Source: Haliotis rufescens | Taxonomy: Eukaryota | Assembly: GCF_023055435.1 (NCBI RefSeq) | Contig: NW_025964383.1 | Location: 47,306,001-47,370,000, forward strand | Reading direction: 5' to 3' | DNA length: 64,000 nt | Part shown: positions 38,978-52,393 of the stretch, piece after piece | Layout: every line of letters starts with the position of its first letter | Position numbering within the stretch: the stretch's first letter is position 1 | Program-made: the position numbers and the translations under genes | Notes under the pieces: model-generated | Told to the model about the DNA's origin: nothing | What the model saw: only the letters and a program-made list of their open reading frames with translations | Databases searched by the model: none

Positions 38978-39132
38978 AATTCTGCAACATAAGCATTTTA
39001 CAAGCCCTAAGGCACAAATAATTGAAGGAATCACTTTGGAATTGGAATCGTATCTACACGAACATCTGATACACCCATCTGTGGGTTAAGACAATGTCAC
39101 ATGTTTTGTAGAGGGTAAACTCTTCATACATA

Positions 39133-39415
39133 AGGGGGCACGGGTGGCCCAGTCGTCTAAGGCGCCGCGATTCGCTGTGCAGAGTTGCGTCCCTCGGGCA
39201 CGCCAGAAACCTATGATTGTGGGTTCGAATCCCGGTTCGCCCCAATTATGTTTGTAGGTTTGTCAGCACCATACCCGTGCTCGTGGGTTTCACCGAAGTG
39301 GTAAACGTCTGAGACCTGCATCACTTCGGGCTTTCCTCCCACATCAAGCTGACACGCCATGATATAACTGGAATACTGTTAAAAATTGCGTTAAACCCAA
39401 CTCACTCACTCACTC
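39133..39415 (+). mobile_element. SINE family A
   Basis: TSD actcttcatacata. Confidence 0.9.
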
Positions 39416-39642
39416 ACTCTTCATACATATACATAGAGACATTCTAACCATGTAAACACCAAATCTGTTCAAAATAGAAAACCATCTCTTGTCATTCCCT
39501 TTACAATCGCCATGTTGTTATCGGCTATTATGTTTGTTTAAATGCTGCATCAACTGTTTCATACTATCACTGTTAGATTTAACAATGCCCCTTTAAGATT
39601 ACAGATGTCAGACACGTGTACATAGTTTTGTTTGTGTTCCAG

Positions 39643-40295
39643 CGACTCCAACTCCCACACATAGAGACCCCGGGGCAGACTCCGACCTCTGTGACGCAAG
39701 CAAGGCAGGCAACTTGGCGTCTGTGAAGCAGATCCTGGCTGCAGGTCGGGCTGATGTCAATTGTAGAGGCAGGGTCGGGATGACACCCTTGATGTGGGCA
39801 GCACGGTGTGGACGCAGAGACGTGGTGGAGCTCCTCATTAGTGAAGGAGCAGATGTGTCACTGGTGAACGAGTATGGTAACAGCACCCTTCACTGCGCCT
39901 GTTTGCTAGAAGACCTTGAGATGATAAAGTTTGTCCTCTCACACACCATGGCGGACATCAATATAAGAGGAGAGGAGAGCAGGACACCGATGATGTGGGC
40001 AGCACTGAAGGGACACAGAAAAGTGGTGGATTTCCTTGTGAGTGAAGGAGCCCTAGTGTCACCTGTGGACGATGGCGGAAACAACATCCTTCACTGCGCC
40101 TGTCAGGGAGGAGACGTGGAGACAGTGGAGTTTGTCCTGTCTCTGAATGTAGTAGACATCAACGTCAAGAACAAGAAGGGGCAGACAGCAGCCGACGTGG
40201 CAAAACTCTGGGGACGTCCAGAAGTGGTTGAACTCCTGCTGTCCCATCAGCAAGTGGAGGAAGTTTTGGAACCGCTCCCTTGTCACGTGATGTAA
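39643..40295 (+). CDS. Terminal exon encoding about 6 ankyrin repeats
   Basis: ttgtgttccag acceptor (phase 1), in frame with ORF 39714-40295. Motifs GMTPLMWAA, NSTLHCAC, RTPMMWAA, NNILHCAC, GQTAADVA. Confidence 0.88.
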
Positions 40296-43099
40296 ATATT
40301 AGAAAGTGGTAGATCTCATTGTGTCACGGGGCGGTCAGTGAAATGTTATGATTGTCTTGGCAGTGAAGGAGGACATGTTGCTTCTGTGGTTTATAATAAT
40401 ATAAATCTGTGATATGTATGTCGTTTATCGTTTAAATAATCGCCAAAGAGACAACAAATTATTTGTTTACATCTCGGTGCACTCTGTGACCTCAAACTGA
40501 GCCGTGATTCGCCATGATGTGGTGCCCGATCCCGAGCTGGTGTGGCGCCAAATGTATGATGTCACACTGTTGATGTGGCCAAGGTCAAATCCTTAGTGGC
40601 CGCCTGTCACTTCTACCCAACATAATCTTAACTGTGATGGCTGAAGTGTCGTGCATGCGACGTTCACCTGCACCTCTCATTAATAATTCACAGATGCTGG
40701 AATCATATGGAATATTATGTATGATGTATTGACAATAAGTAATGTACATGCGAGTGTGTTACTTTCTCTAGATCTTATTATCTTTTTCTTTGTTTGAGGT
40801 TTGTCGAATGCAACCAGTTAATATCAACTACACTGACCAAACGGCAACACTGTTAGATCAAATGTCTCCTATGGATATACCCACCCTGCTTGAAACAAAA
40901 ATGAATCCCCTTCAAGCAGTGCGCATTTCGAAATAGTGCCCGATAAAAAGATGCCTTTCTACAAAAAAAACCCAAATAATATATGACATAAGTGTTACTC
41001 GAAATTGCATTTAATCACTGCAAATTTATAAATAAATCTGTGTTTATAATTGTTACATATTATCTACACAACGTGATGTCAAACATTGCCTTCACGTAGG
41101 ATTTCGAACATTCAAAACACGAGGCCAAGATAACTGCAGTGGCTAGGTCAGGAGTCAGTTTTTTTGTGTCACTGAATGTCAACAGGAGCCAAAACTGTAA
41201 AATATTCAATCAAACAAGAACTATTATAAGAAAAATAAGGAATTGTGGCGGGTGCATATGGACTGTCTATTTATCATCAGACGATCACTGGTGACAGGAA
41301 GCAATGCGTCTATGTGTAGTGACTGGCTCATGGATAAAGTAACGGAAGGAATCCTGGAATTTCCAACAGTGATGTAACATGTATAGGACCACCAAATATT
41401 GTGTGAACAAAATCTGACGACATCTGCTTGTGCTGGTGACAAATATAAGTTTTGCGCTCGCCAAGGCTCGCTAAATACAATGTTTATTCCTAATGCAGGA
41501 TATTTACTATCTCCACACACACAGTTGGTGCAATGTTGTTGTCTTGCGACTTGTATATCAGGTGTTTACGAGCACTTAAGCCCGCCAGAGATGTAAGCTC
41601 CGGAATTCATATTTTTCATTTTACTTCTAACTTGTTTGTTTTCTATTGGTTGCCTTTTAACTTAATATAGCCTTGAATGAGCCTACATTTACTAGCAGTG
41701 GCGAGATAAAGGGGTGTCAACTTTACAATCATCCCCGGGTCTGATGGATTTGTACTATTTAAACATGGCAACAGACATCTTCAATTGATATTCAGTATTG
41801 GCCCAAACAAGGGAGTTCCGTGTGTTATGCAAGAGACAGACGAAAACGCCCATATCTCGAGATACTCCCTCATTCCCATCAGTGTTTTAATAATGATATG
41901 ACAATATCATCTCCCCTGATTAAGGGGTCAGATTTAACATCTGCAGCAGAAGTTTGAGTGGATTACTCTGTGAAAAAAAGCAAAAACTAACCTCATATAT
42001 ATGTCCATTAAAATAACGTCTGGACTTCTACATCGTCACTGTTAAGGAATCACAATTGCAGCATGTGCTATGACAGTGCTACCAGGCCAACATCGAGAGA
42101 CCCGTGGTTGAGCTGACAGGTCTCCAAACAGGGGCAGAGTGCCAAGGACATATAGTTAGTGAAACTAGCTTTACACTATACTGACAAAAGGCGCTCAAAA
42201 AGAAAATTGACAATCAACAAGGTATCACTACAAATGTTTCTCTAGAAGTATGTATGCTAGAAACACTCTGAACGGAAAGAGCACAGGGACGAGACAGCTC
42301 TCACTCACTGAAATAATGTTTTACTGCACAAGAAGCTCGCCTTGAAAATCACATGATCACAACTGAGCAATTAATCAAAGACAGTTCTATTCAGAGAGAC
42401 AACATGTCTAAAGCAATTGAATGTTATTGGGCAGCTAAATTTGAAAATCTATTCCTTAGAATATAATAAAATGGAAAACGAACTTGAAATGATAAACCCA
42501 AGCAAGAATCCGTCACCAAATTGAACCACTGAGCCCTAGAAGAGAAGCTTTCTGTAACCAAGCTACACACCTTAGACACTGAGATTACTGTTTTGATTGG
42601 ATAATAGGCTCTCGTATAACACTCATAGAGGACAGAATAGATATAATAAACAACTCATCATCACCTTCCAAACCTGCACTCCTGTGGCCTCAGATGGTCA
42701 AGCAGTTGAAACAGAGAACACAAGAACCCCCCAACACCCTTTATGGACCACATTTCAGTCATAAATCTACCCCAACCCCATTGTACTAACTTTCGATCTA
42801 TCATCCAACTCAAGAGGTATACCATTACCCAGACTTCCACCTACCAGTCAACCTACGCCTCAGATAAGTGATAACAACAACATCATCAGTTTCAGTCTGG
42901 ATGAGTAAATTCTGATCTAATGTTACAGACATTCCAGGAACAACAACCCTGGCAGTGACAGTGCCCCCTTATGCCAGCAGGAATGAAAGAATGAGACCAT
43001 CTCGACCTCCTGGACACCAGATACCATGCCCATGGCCTCTTCCATAAGCAGCCCTAGAAGGAAGGCAGTGAAATGTGATAAGGGCTTGTCTTTAGAAAT

Positions 43100-44700
43100 G
43101 ACGTTTGCTTGTTGCATATTGGGAAGGATGTGTGCCCGAAGAATCTCATCTTCTTTGTTCGTCACCTGTCTCTGACCGCAAGTTAGTTTCAATCCTCACG
43201 AAGAAACTGTGGAGTTCCTGCTGCACTGTTATGAGTTTAGAAATATAAGAAATGATAAGTCAAGTGTTCACCTGAAAGAAACCCTCAGGAACATTTGGTA
43301 CAAGTCAAGGTATAGAATAGCATGCGTCAAATTAGGAAGTGACCTCAACGTGTACTGCCATGAAACGCTTTGAAAGCTTTACCGAGGCCATGAATGTTGT
43401 AAAACTTCTGAGCAAGAGTCGTGTCGTGAAATCTTTGAAGAAAGAGAATGAACACCAAACGCTGGAGCTGCACGAATATTGCTCGACATGAGGAGAAAGT
43501 TGACCATTGCAAAGGTCATTCCTCTTGTCATACAGTATTGCATAGACCTATGCATATGACACAGACGAGGCCGTCTCACTGGTATCTTTTTTTCTGGTAC
43601 AGGTGAGTAAATAAATGGAAGGGAATTGGTTTTATGTTCAATCTTGGATATACTTGCTACAATAGCATTAGGTCATATTAGTTTTCATTTCATCAAACAA
43701 GGCATGTACCCATGTTGGGTTTATCACTTGTGCTGGTTAAGTGTGTGCAACATTACTGGTAGGTACGTCTCTAGGTTAGTTGTGAAAAGATATGTGTTCA
43801 TAGCATGGTTTTGTTTCACCCAGGAGTTAGTTATAGTTGAGACGATTAAGTCTTTTTTTGCCACGTTCGGCTGTCTTATGTGTCATCAAAGATGATCCAA
43901 AGATGTTCTACTGGCAAAAGGTTGGGTTATTGTGACATTCAATGAATAACGGGTACGGTAGTGATGTTGAGAACGTCTGGATTATTTGAGCAATTTGGGA
44001 CATAGTATTTCTTATGTCTGTCTCCTGAAAAAACGGAATGACAACTGGCTGCAAATAGACATCACTTCCAATTTCAAAGGATTTTAGCAGACCATCAGGA
44101 TGGAATAAGATGAGCATTGATCAATAACATTGCACAGTTCCTGAGGACTGACGTTTTGTCGACAGTGTCGATGAGTCCATGCCATTCTGTCTGTAGGCTA
44201 AATTCCTGCAAAACGTTATTGTCTGGACACTGTGTGCCTTCAGATGCGGCTTGTGCAGAAGCAATGTGCTGTATGTGGGAAGGTCACATGTAGTCATCCA
44301 CATCGTGGCCTGCTGCATCGCTGAAGTACATGTAGTATTGCAATGGTCAGTCCACTGCACCTGAGTGCTCTTGAAATATAGACCTGCATGGCCACCATCA
44401 GTGCCATTTCACGACCCCTCTCTCTGGGTTCAGCTTATAACTATGGGTGTTTTCTCGCCTGATTTTATTATATTGATGTGTTGGTATCCAAACACTTTCC
44501 TTTGATACCCTCTTTGCACTGTTATTCTTACATCTGTTTCATGAAAAATCATTTTTCTCAAACATGAATGGACTAACGGTCAGATAATGGTGGGTGTTGT
44601 TGGCACTCGATTCCAAACTAAATTCAATTTCTTTAGTCAAGGTATTAAAATCTGTTAATCTAACAATGTGTACTTTCTCTTAATCAGCAGTTTAGTGTAT
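43100..44700 (-). mobile_element. Highly decayed retroelement, possibly Penelope-like
   Basis: Weak minus-strand motifs only: NGTDGGHAGLY (GTAMG-like), FFQETDIRN (YxKPTD-like), VYAIL......NGQ (GIY-YIG-like), in RT-then-endonuclease order. Confidence 0.3.
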
Positions 44701-45039
44701 GGTAAAATGGCCGCAAAGCTCAACAATGGAATGTGTCTTTGATTTGATACAAGGCTACTTGCCAAATTCACAATTCAGCTTTCACAAATAAAAATCGCGC
44801 CATGTCCTACATCATAGTCATGTGTATGGGTTTCAACTTTTCTGTAAACAATGCGGGTGGGTAGTTGGGAAAATAAGGAAAATAAAAAATATGTTTGGTC
44901 TTTACCCTCAAAACGTTATCTGAATATCTGACATAGATCATGTGCCCAGACATAACTCGAGGACCTACGGTGATAGCCAATGCGTGTCTGTCTGTCTGTC
45001 TGCGTGTGTGTGTTTAGTCTTCGTGGGCATGGGGCTGGC

Positions 45040-45125
45040 CAGATATGGTAACAACAAGGACCATCATTTAACGTCTTTTGGTATGACGCGGTTGGAGATC
45101 AAAGCACCGACCCCCGCACTCGATC
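45040..45125 (-). mobile_element. SINE family C fragment
   Basis: taacaacaag.accatc.tttaacgtcttttggtatgacgcgg. Confidence 0.7.
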
Positions 45126-46215
45126 CGTCCACTAGAGCACATAATCCTCTTCTGAACACCCCACACGCCACAGCATAAAACGCATAAGGAACTATTTCTT
45201 TTCAAAGGAGTGTGGTAAGGAGGTGAGCAATCTCCATTGTACAACGCACTCTTCACTCTGTAAGACTCCTTAAGTTGTCAAGTGGTTGAAGTGTGCAGTA
45301 ATGTCGTGTTGTCAGCCCTCCAGTAATCCCTGCCACACGCATCATGTTTGTTGGAGTAATAAAATCTCAAGTGCAAATAATTTAAAAACCTATGTCGCAA
45401 CTGGGTGAGTTGTAATTCTTACATTATCGCATATTCTCTGATATTGGGCTAATCATTAACAGGTTAACATCTTGTAAAGTATAATGCATGAATCCCTTTG
45501 ATACGTTTTTAATCATGAGGATCTCTAAAAGTCTTTTGAAGACGGATTTTACTACGTCGTCAGCTGTAGCCCACCTGCAATATCGTGGCCTGTCACTGAT
45601 CACCAGACCATAAAGGAATTGGAGTATGACAAGCACTACTGTTGGCGTATCTCCTTGCTTTGTGTGTCGATACACGTTCATTGTTCCAACACACTATGGG
45701 GGACCAAAGTATTTTGCCCGGATGATGTTTTCAAAGTGGTAGCCAGGGAAATGAAGAACAAGGAGTTGTCATGGCACTGTGAGCGCCCAGTGTTGTATAC
45801 CAGAACCTGACGGAGTAGCCTCCCTTGCACCGTTCATGGCCATCAGTAGTTACTACACACCCTGTGACAGTGTTGACTGAACTAACGGTGAGAGGAGTAG
45901 CCCGAACCCGGCATGTATTGTTCAGTGTAGTGTACCTGAAACTGGCGGAGTAGTCTCCCTTGCACCGACCATGGCAAACAGTAGTTTCTCCTCCCACTGT
46001 GATAGTGTTGTTGTGACTCGCGGTGACTGGTGTAACTCGGCATGCGAGCTGACAATGCTCTTTAAGCGACCAGTGTTGTGTACCTGAACCAGCCTGAGTA
46101 TCTGCCTTGTACCATTACTGACACTCAGTAGTTTACATCTACCAAAGTGTTAGTTTGATTGTAAAAATCATGGGGTGGAGCAGATAATTGTTAACTGCGT
46201 TCTTGTACTTCTATT

Positions 46216-46296
46216 GACTCTCCTATAGACTCTCCTATAGACTCTCCTATAGACTCTCCTATAGACTCTCCTATAGACTCTCCTATAGACTCTCCT
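46216..46296. repeat. (GACTCTCCTATA)n 12-bp perfect tandem repeat, about 6.5 copies
   Basis: Direct reading. Confidence 0.95.
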
Positions 46297-47392
46297 GTGA
46301 TCTGCATATGTGTAAGGTCATGTTCTGGATATTTATGCTACATGATGATCGATGCATGTGTGTAATTATAACGTAATGATTTATACATGTAATGTGATGA
46401 TCTATACATTTCACTGACGTTAATCATGTACCGTATATTAATATGTAGATTTAAGTTGGTTGGTTGGTTTGTTGTTTAACGCGCACTCAGCAATATTCCA
46501 GCTATATGACGGCGGTCTCTAAATAATCGAGTCTGGACCAGACAATCCAGTGATTAATATCATAAAATACGATCAACGCAATTGGGATCGATGACATGTA
46601 TCAACCAAGTCAGCGAGCCTGACCACCCGATCCCGTTAGTCGCCTTTTACGACAAGCATAGTCGCCTTTCACGGCAAGTATGGGTTGCTGTAGACCTATT
46701 CTACCCCGGAATCTTCACGGGTCGTAGATTTAAGTACATGTGTAACGAGATGATCTGTCATGTGTTTAACGCAATGATTTATGCATATACCGTCATATGT
46801 ATGTTTGTTACGTGATCTACGCACGTGTGTATCGTGATGATTCACGTGTCTAACATGCTAATTTATGCATTTGCATCACGTGCATATCTATGCTTTTGTT
46901 TAACGCGATGATCTTGACACTTGCGTAACTGGATGATTTATACATTTGCGTAAGGTAATGATCTATGCACTTGTGTAGTGTGGTGATCTACGCACATGAT
47001 TAACGTAAAGATCTCTGTATTTGTTTAACGAGATGTCATTTGCATTTGTGTGATGTCACGTTCTATAGCTATGTTTTTGTATAAAGTGATAATACATGCT
47101 TAAATAAAGTGATGCCCTTTGCATGTGATTGGCGTGATGATCCATCATCTGTGTGACATGATGTGCAAAGCATGTGTGTAAAGTTGTTTGTCTATTCTGA
47201 TGTATGTTACATGTATAATGTGATTATGCATACGTGTGTGCAATGGTGTGATCGATGCACGTGCGTAACGATGAGATACATGCATGTGTGTCACATGTTG
47301 ATCTAGGCACGTGTGAAATGTGAAGATCCATGCATGTGTTAAATATGGAGGTCTATGCTCCTCGACGAACATGTGTTACATGGTGATCTATA
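46297..47392. repeat. Old degenerate ~26-bp satellite interrupted by a family B SINE
   Basis: Recurring tgatgatct/atgcatgtgtgtaac-like units. Confidence 0.7.
46457..46723 (-). mobile_element. Family B, full length
   Basis: TSD gtagatttaagt. Confidence 0.9.
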
Positions 47393-47396
47393 GCCA

Positions 47397-47520
47397 GTGA
47401 GTGAGTATGGCTTCTCGACTCTTTTTGTAATATCAAGGCAGGGAACACCATAAATGGGCTTCACACATTGTACACACATTGTACCCATGTGAGGATTCAA
47501 GCCCTGGTCTTCGCGAGGAC
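47397..47520 (-). mobile_element. Family D, degraded
   Basis: gtgagtgagtatgg...acacca.aaatggg.ttcacacattgtac...ggtcttcg. Confidence 0.75.
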
Positions 47521-48538
47521 AAACTAGAATCTGTGCAACAAGCCACAGGGAAACACGGATACTATTTCCCTTGTATATAAGTAACAACTCAATCACCATC
47601 AGTGCAGTGTACAGATGTGTAAGGGACAATCGCTGGGTGATGATTTGCACTTGAGGGTATTAACGACGTCCCATACAAATTATATTTGAAATGTATTGAA
47701 ATAGTTATCAGGCGTCTGAATAGAGAATTGGAGGGTATACTTTGTAAACATGTTTAGTAAGTAAGTGATGCCACGCAATGGTCAAACAATCATATGTAAA
47801 GGCTGAACCCACAATGTAGATGAGAGGCGACCAGACACAGGCGGAAGCTCCTGATCCTTCTGGTGTCACATGCTTACTCTTGTTACAACTGCATACAAGA
47901 GCTAGTTATTACACCCCATACACAGTCACCCCATACAGCTTCACATTAACGTTGTACGTATCACGTGATATCAGACACCCGTTCCCATTTCTACATGTCA
48001 TCACGCATTAGCCACATGCGCAAGCTGTTTTATAAGGCCGTACAAACCATGTGTGCCATTTGTTGCTCGTGTTATATATAAATCAGTTCAACCTTCCGTT
48101 ATTACCTTTACCCAAAATGTAAAAAAAAATCTTAGTTATTATACAGGTATAACCTCAGATCAGTTTTTAATCCTTAGCGTTTATTCAATAGTATTTATAC
48201 TCGTTTCTCATTCACATATCAAAGACATCCCACAAAGCTCCTCAACTATACCTGAAGGTGTATTGTCAGCCGTCATACCTGTCAGCTACCACCGTTAGAC
48301 CCCCCATTAAATGGAGTTGAATGAGAAAGGAAATCGTTATTCACTTGTAAAACTGCCACTGGTGTGTCGTCTCGCTTACCAACATTAAGATCAAAATGTG
48401 TGTAAAGTGAGTTTGTCTGACATATACCAAGCGTCGTACAGGTTGGTTTCTTTCATTTTTCTAATATCACATCTGAGAGAGAGACGGAGAGAGAGAAAGA
48501 GAGAGAGAGGTGGGGGTGGGGTGGGGGGTGGGGGAGGA

Positions 48539-48972
48539 GAGTGAGTGAGTGAGTTGGGCTAAACGCTTTTCCAGTTATATCACGGCTTGTCAGCTTAATG
48601 TGGATGGAAAGCCTCAGAGAGAGAGAGAGAGAGAGAGTGAGATGGGTGAGTGAGTTGGGTTTAACATCGTTTTAACATTATTCCAGCTATATCACGGCCT
48701 GTCAGCTTTATGTGGAAGGAAAGCCTGAGAAAGTGAGTGAGTTGGGTTTAACGCCGCTTTTAACATTATTCCAGTTATATCATGGCGTGTCAGGTTAATG
48801 TGGGAGGAAAGCCCGAAGTGATGCAGATCCTAGACGTTTACCACTTCGGTGAAATCCGCGAGCACGGGTTTGGTGCTGACAAACCTAGGAACATAATCGG
48901 GGCGAACCGAGATCCGAACCCACAATCATAGGTTTCTGGTGTGCCCAAGGGCACTCTGCACAGTGAATCGCT
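48539..48972 (-). mobile_element. SINE family A with two additional tandem copies of its 3' tail
   Basis: Three gagtgagttggg..ttccag.tatatca.ggc..gtcag.tt.atgtgg..ggaaagcc units at about 48539, 48645 and 48733, separated by GA-rich runs. Confidence 0.85.
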
Positions 48973-49093
48973 GTTTTAAAACAGACAATAATAGTAGAAA
49001 TCAATCATCTACACTCCATTTGGCTTTTGTACTAAGGTCAGTACTCTCTATCATCCCTTTTACATGTAATCAGCAGTTGATGTATTCTTTCAG

Positions 49094-51522
49094 GAATCAA
49101 AATGTTGTTCAGTACTCGAATGAACCTTCAGACACCTTCGACAGACCTCACGCTCCATAGCGCCTGCCGACAGGGGAGCATAGAAGGTGTGAGGTACCTC
49201 TTGTCTGACGGTTTAGCTGATATCAACACCAGGGGGAAGAATGGGAGGACGCCAGTCATGGTTGCCGCCTGTGATGGAAACAGGTCCTTGTTCCAACTTT
49301 TGGTGAGGGAAAGAGCTGATCTGCTACACTTGGATGATGATGGCAACAATGTGCTTCATGTTGCCTGTCTTGGGGGCGACTTGGAAATGGTCAGGCATAT
49401 TCTCAAACTTGACATTGTTGACATTAACAGTAAAGGAATGTACGGCAGAACACCAATTATGCTGGCAGCCCGAAAAGGATATAAGACAATCTTTGACCTA
49501 CTCGTTAGCTCAGGATGTGATTTGACGCATGTAAGCAATGATGGCGACAATATTCTTCACCATGCCTGTTTGGGTGGCTATTTGGATATTGTGAAATATA
49601 TCCTTCATGAAAATATTGTTAGCATTAACAGTAGAGGGAAGTATGGCAGAACGCCAGTGATGAAGGCAGCATGGGGTGGACACAAGAGAGTATTAAATCT
49701 CCTTGTGGACAAAGGCGGTGATGTATCCCTCTTTGACAATGAAAATGACAACATCCTCCATGTTGCCTGTATTAGAGGCAATGGAACAATGGTTAAGCAT
49801 ATTCTCTCAAAACAAGTTGTTGGTATTAACAGCCGTGGGAGAAAGGGAAGATCACCACTGATGGTGGCTGCACAAAATGGTAAGAAGGAACTTTTTAACC
49901 TTCTTCTCTGTCAAGGAGGCAACATGTTTCAGACAGACGGTGATGGTAACAACATTCTGCATGTGTCCTGTATTGGAGGCCACCTGCACATGGTGGTGTA
50001 CGTCCTCTCGGGATTTATATTCGACATCAACAGCAGAGGTAAGATTGGACGGACACCAGTAATGCTGGCAGCAGAGAAAGGACATAGACAAGTGTTCAAC
50101 TTGCTTGTGAGTAGAAATTGTAATCTGCATCTTGACGATTCTTGTGGTAACAACATAATACATGTGGCCTGTCTGGGGGGCAGGGTGGAGATGGTGAATT
50201 ATCTTCTTGCATACAACACATTTGGCATCAAGAGCAGAGGCAGAGACGGGCGTACTTCAATAATGTCTGCAGCAGAGAAGGGTCATATAGATGTGTTCAA
50301 GTTGCTGATGAGTAAAGGATGTGATGTAATGCTCAATGACGACCATGGTGATAGCATCCTCCACATTGCCTGCAGTGGTGGCAGTATGGACATGGTTGCA
50401 TACATCCTGTCACTGGGACAATTTGACATCAACAGTCGAGGGAGGTGGGGCAGAACGCTGGTCATGTTGGCAGCAGAAAAAGGAAATCGACAAGTGCTTG
50501 ACTTTCTTGTAAATGAAGGAGGTGACCTGTCTCTTATGGATGATGAAAATGACAACATTCTTCATGTGGCCTGCATTGGTGGAAATGTAGAAATGGTTAA
50601 GCACCTACTCCAGATGAACATCTCCAACATCAACATCAAAGGAAAGTATGGTAGAACACCAGTGATGTTGGCAGCAGAGTTTGGTCATATAGAACTGTTT
50701 TACTTCCTTGTGTGTAAAGGCAGCGACTTGTTGCTTGTGGATGACAATAGAGACACCATCCTTCACATTGCTTGTGGAGGAAATGTGAAGATGGTCAAAT
50801 GTCTTCTCTCACTCGATGTTATTGACATCAACAGCAGAGGTAGCCACGGTAACACCCCCGTCATGACAGCAGCCAGTAGAGGAAACAGGGGAGTGTTTGA
50901 GTTGCTGGTGAAGAAACAAGCAGATCTGTCTCTCCTGAATGAGGATAACAATAGCATCCTGCATGTAGCATGTATCACCGGGAATGTCAGCATAGTCAAC
51001 TTTCTCATCTTAAAGCATGCTGTTGACATTAACAGTAGAGGGAAGTATGGTAGGACTCCGGTGATGTTGGCGGCAGAGTTTGGAAACAGTGAAGTGTTTG
51101 ATCTGCTTGTTCAACATGGTGCAGATATATCCCTGAGAGATGATGATAGGAACAACATCCATCATGTCTCGTGCAGTGGGGATAATGTGAAGATCATAAA
51201 CGTTGTTCTGATGAAGTGCATGTTTCACATCAACAGTAGAGGACATGGTGGAAGGACTTCATTGATGTGGGCCGCAGAGAAGGCACAGACAGGCGTCTTT
51301 GACTTCCTGTTGAATAAGGGAGCTGATGGAACTCTAGTGGATGATGATGGTGACAACGTCCTTCATGTTGCCAGTGCAGTGGGTAATGCTGATATCGTGA
51401 GACATATCATCTCCAGGAACATTGTGGACATCAACGCCACAAATAATTATGGATCAACGGCAGATATGATAGCAAGGGGAAAAGGCCACTACTCAGTGAG
51501 CAATATCTTCCATGACAAGTGA
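49094..51522 (+). CDS. Long single-exon ankyrin array (about 24 repeats; 806-aa ORF from ATG 49102)
   Basis: Uninterrupted ORF of alternating GRTPVMLAA and NILHVACxGG repeats. A gtattctttcag acceptor ends at 49093 (phase 1, in frame). Confidence 0.93.
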
Positions 51523-51679
51523 AATATTGTTTTGAACAAACACAAGTGTTTCTTTCTGTGATGGTTTAACCTTGCTAAACCCACAGAACATAGTACCTTA
51601 ACCATACCACAGTTGTTAATCGGTTAAGCCAGGTTCATCGAACGGTGTCGAAGTCTACCCTGACAATGTCATCAGTCAT

Positions 51680-52110
51680 GCAATGGATTTGGACGAACAC
51701 CTGACGAAGATCGTTGACTCCTTCCAGGGACTCACTGAAGCCAAGTTGACTGTAAATTAGGTGAAAAGTGAATTTACACAGGCACATGTCTAATTTTTAG
51801 GTCATGTCATAGGCCAAAGGTGGAAGCTATCTAAAAAAAATATTCAAGTTCTTGATATGGCTGGGTACTACTGTAGATATTGTCCAATTTTCTCACATGT
51901 GCCAGCCCCTCTCACTAATTTGCTTGGAAAATAGGTGAAATGTATTTGGAACAGCAATGTCAAGCTGCTTTTGACAACATTAAAGCAATTCTCATGAATT
52001 TGTTCTCAAAGGATTTTTTTTTTTAAATTCTTCAAAATAGCTGTAGATGCTTGTGACATTGGTGCTGGAGTTGTCCTGTTGGAGGAAGATGCATCAGGTT
52101 TGTTGACCAG
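51680..52110 (+). mobile_element. Ty3/gypsy LTR retrotransposon pol (RT-RNase H) remnant
   Basis: EAKLTVN..KSEF, FLGHVIG, FL.MAGYY.R, APLTNLL and FKIAVDACDIGAGVVLLEED, with stops. Confidence 0.8.
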
Positions 52111-52341
52111 GCTAGTGTGGTCTGGTCCGAAAACCACAGACGGTGAGAGTATGTTATAGAAACATTTCCCTAATGTTCTATGTTGTGAATGCTGTAGGGA
52201 ACCTTCCAGTGGCTGGGTAGGTTGTATATAAGGGGACAGTAGCGTGTTTGCATATCACACGCATTTTCATCACGCATTATGTCAAGAGCAGCCTTCATGT
52301 GAAGATCCCTCATCATCTCTGGTCCATATATATATATCAAC

Positions 52342-52343
52342 AA

Positions 52344-52388
<45 letters not shown>
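52342..52388. repeat. (CA)n(TA)n compound microsatellite
   Basis: Direct reading. Confidence 0.95.

Positions 52389-52393
<5 letters not shown>

Noticed and set aside
42860-42930. CUGAUGA core on the minus strand near the Penelope-like remnant (also at 12807, 26844, 28377, 38567)
   Set aside because: No correctly placed GAAA or flanking stems for a hammerhead ribozyme.
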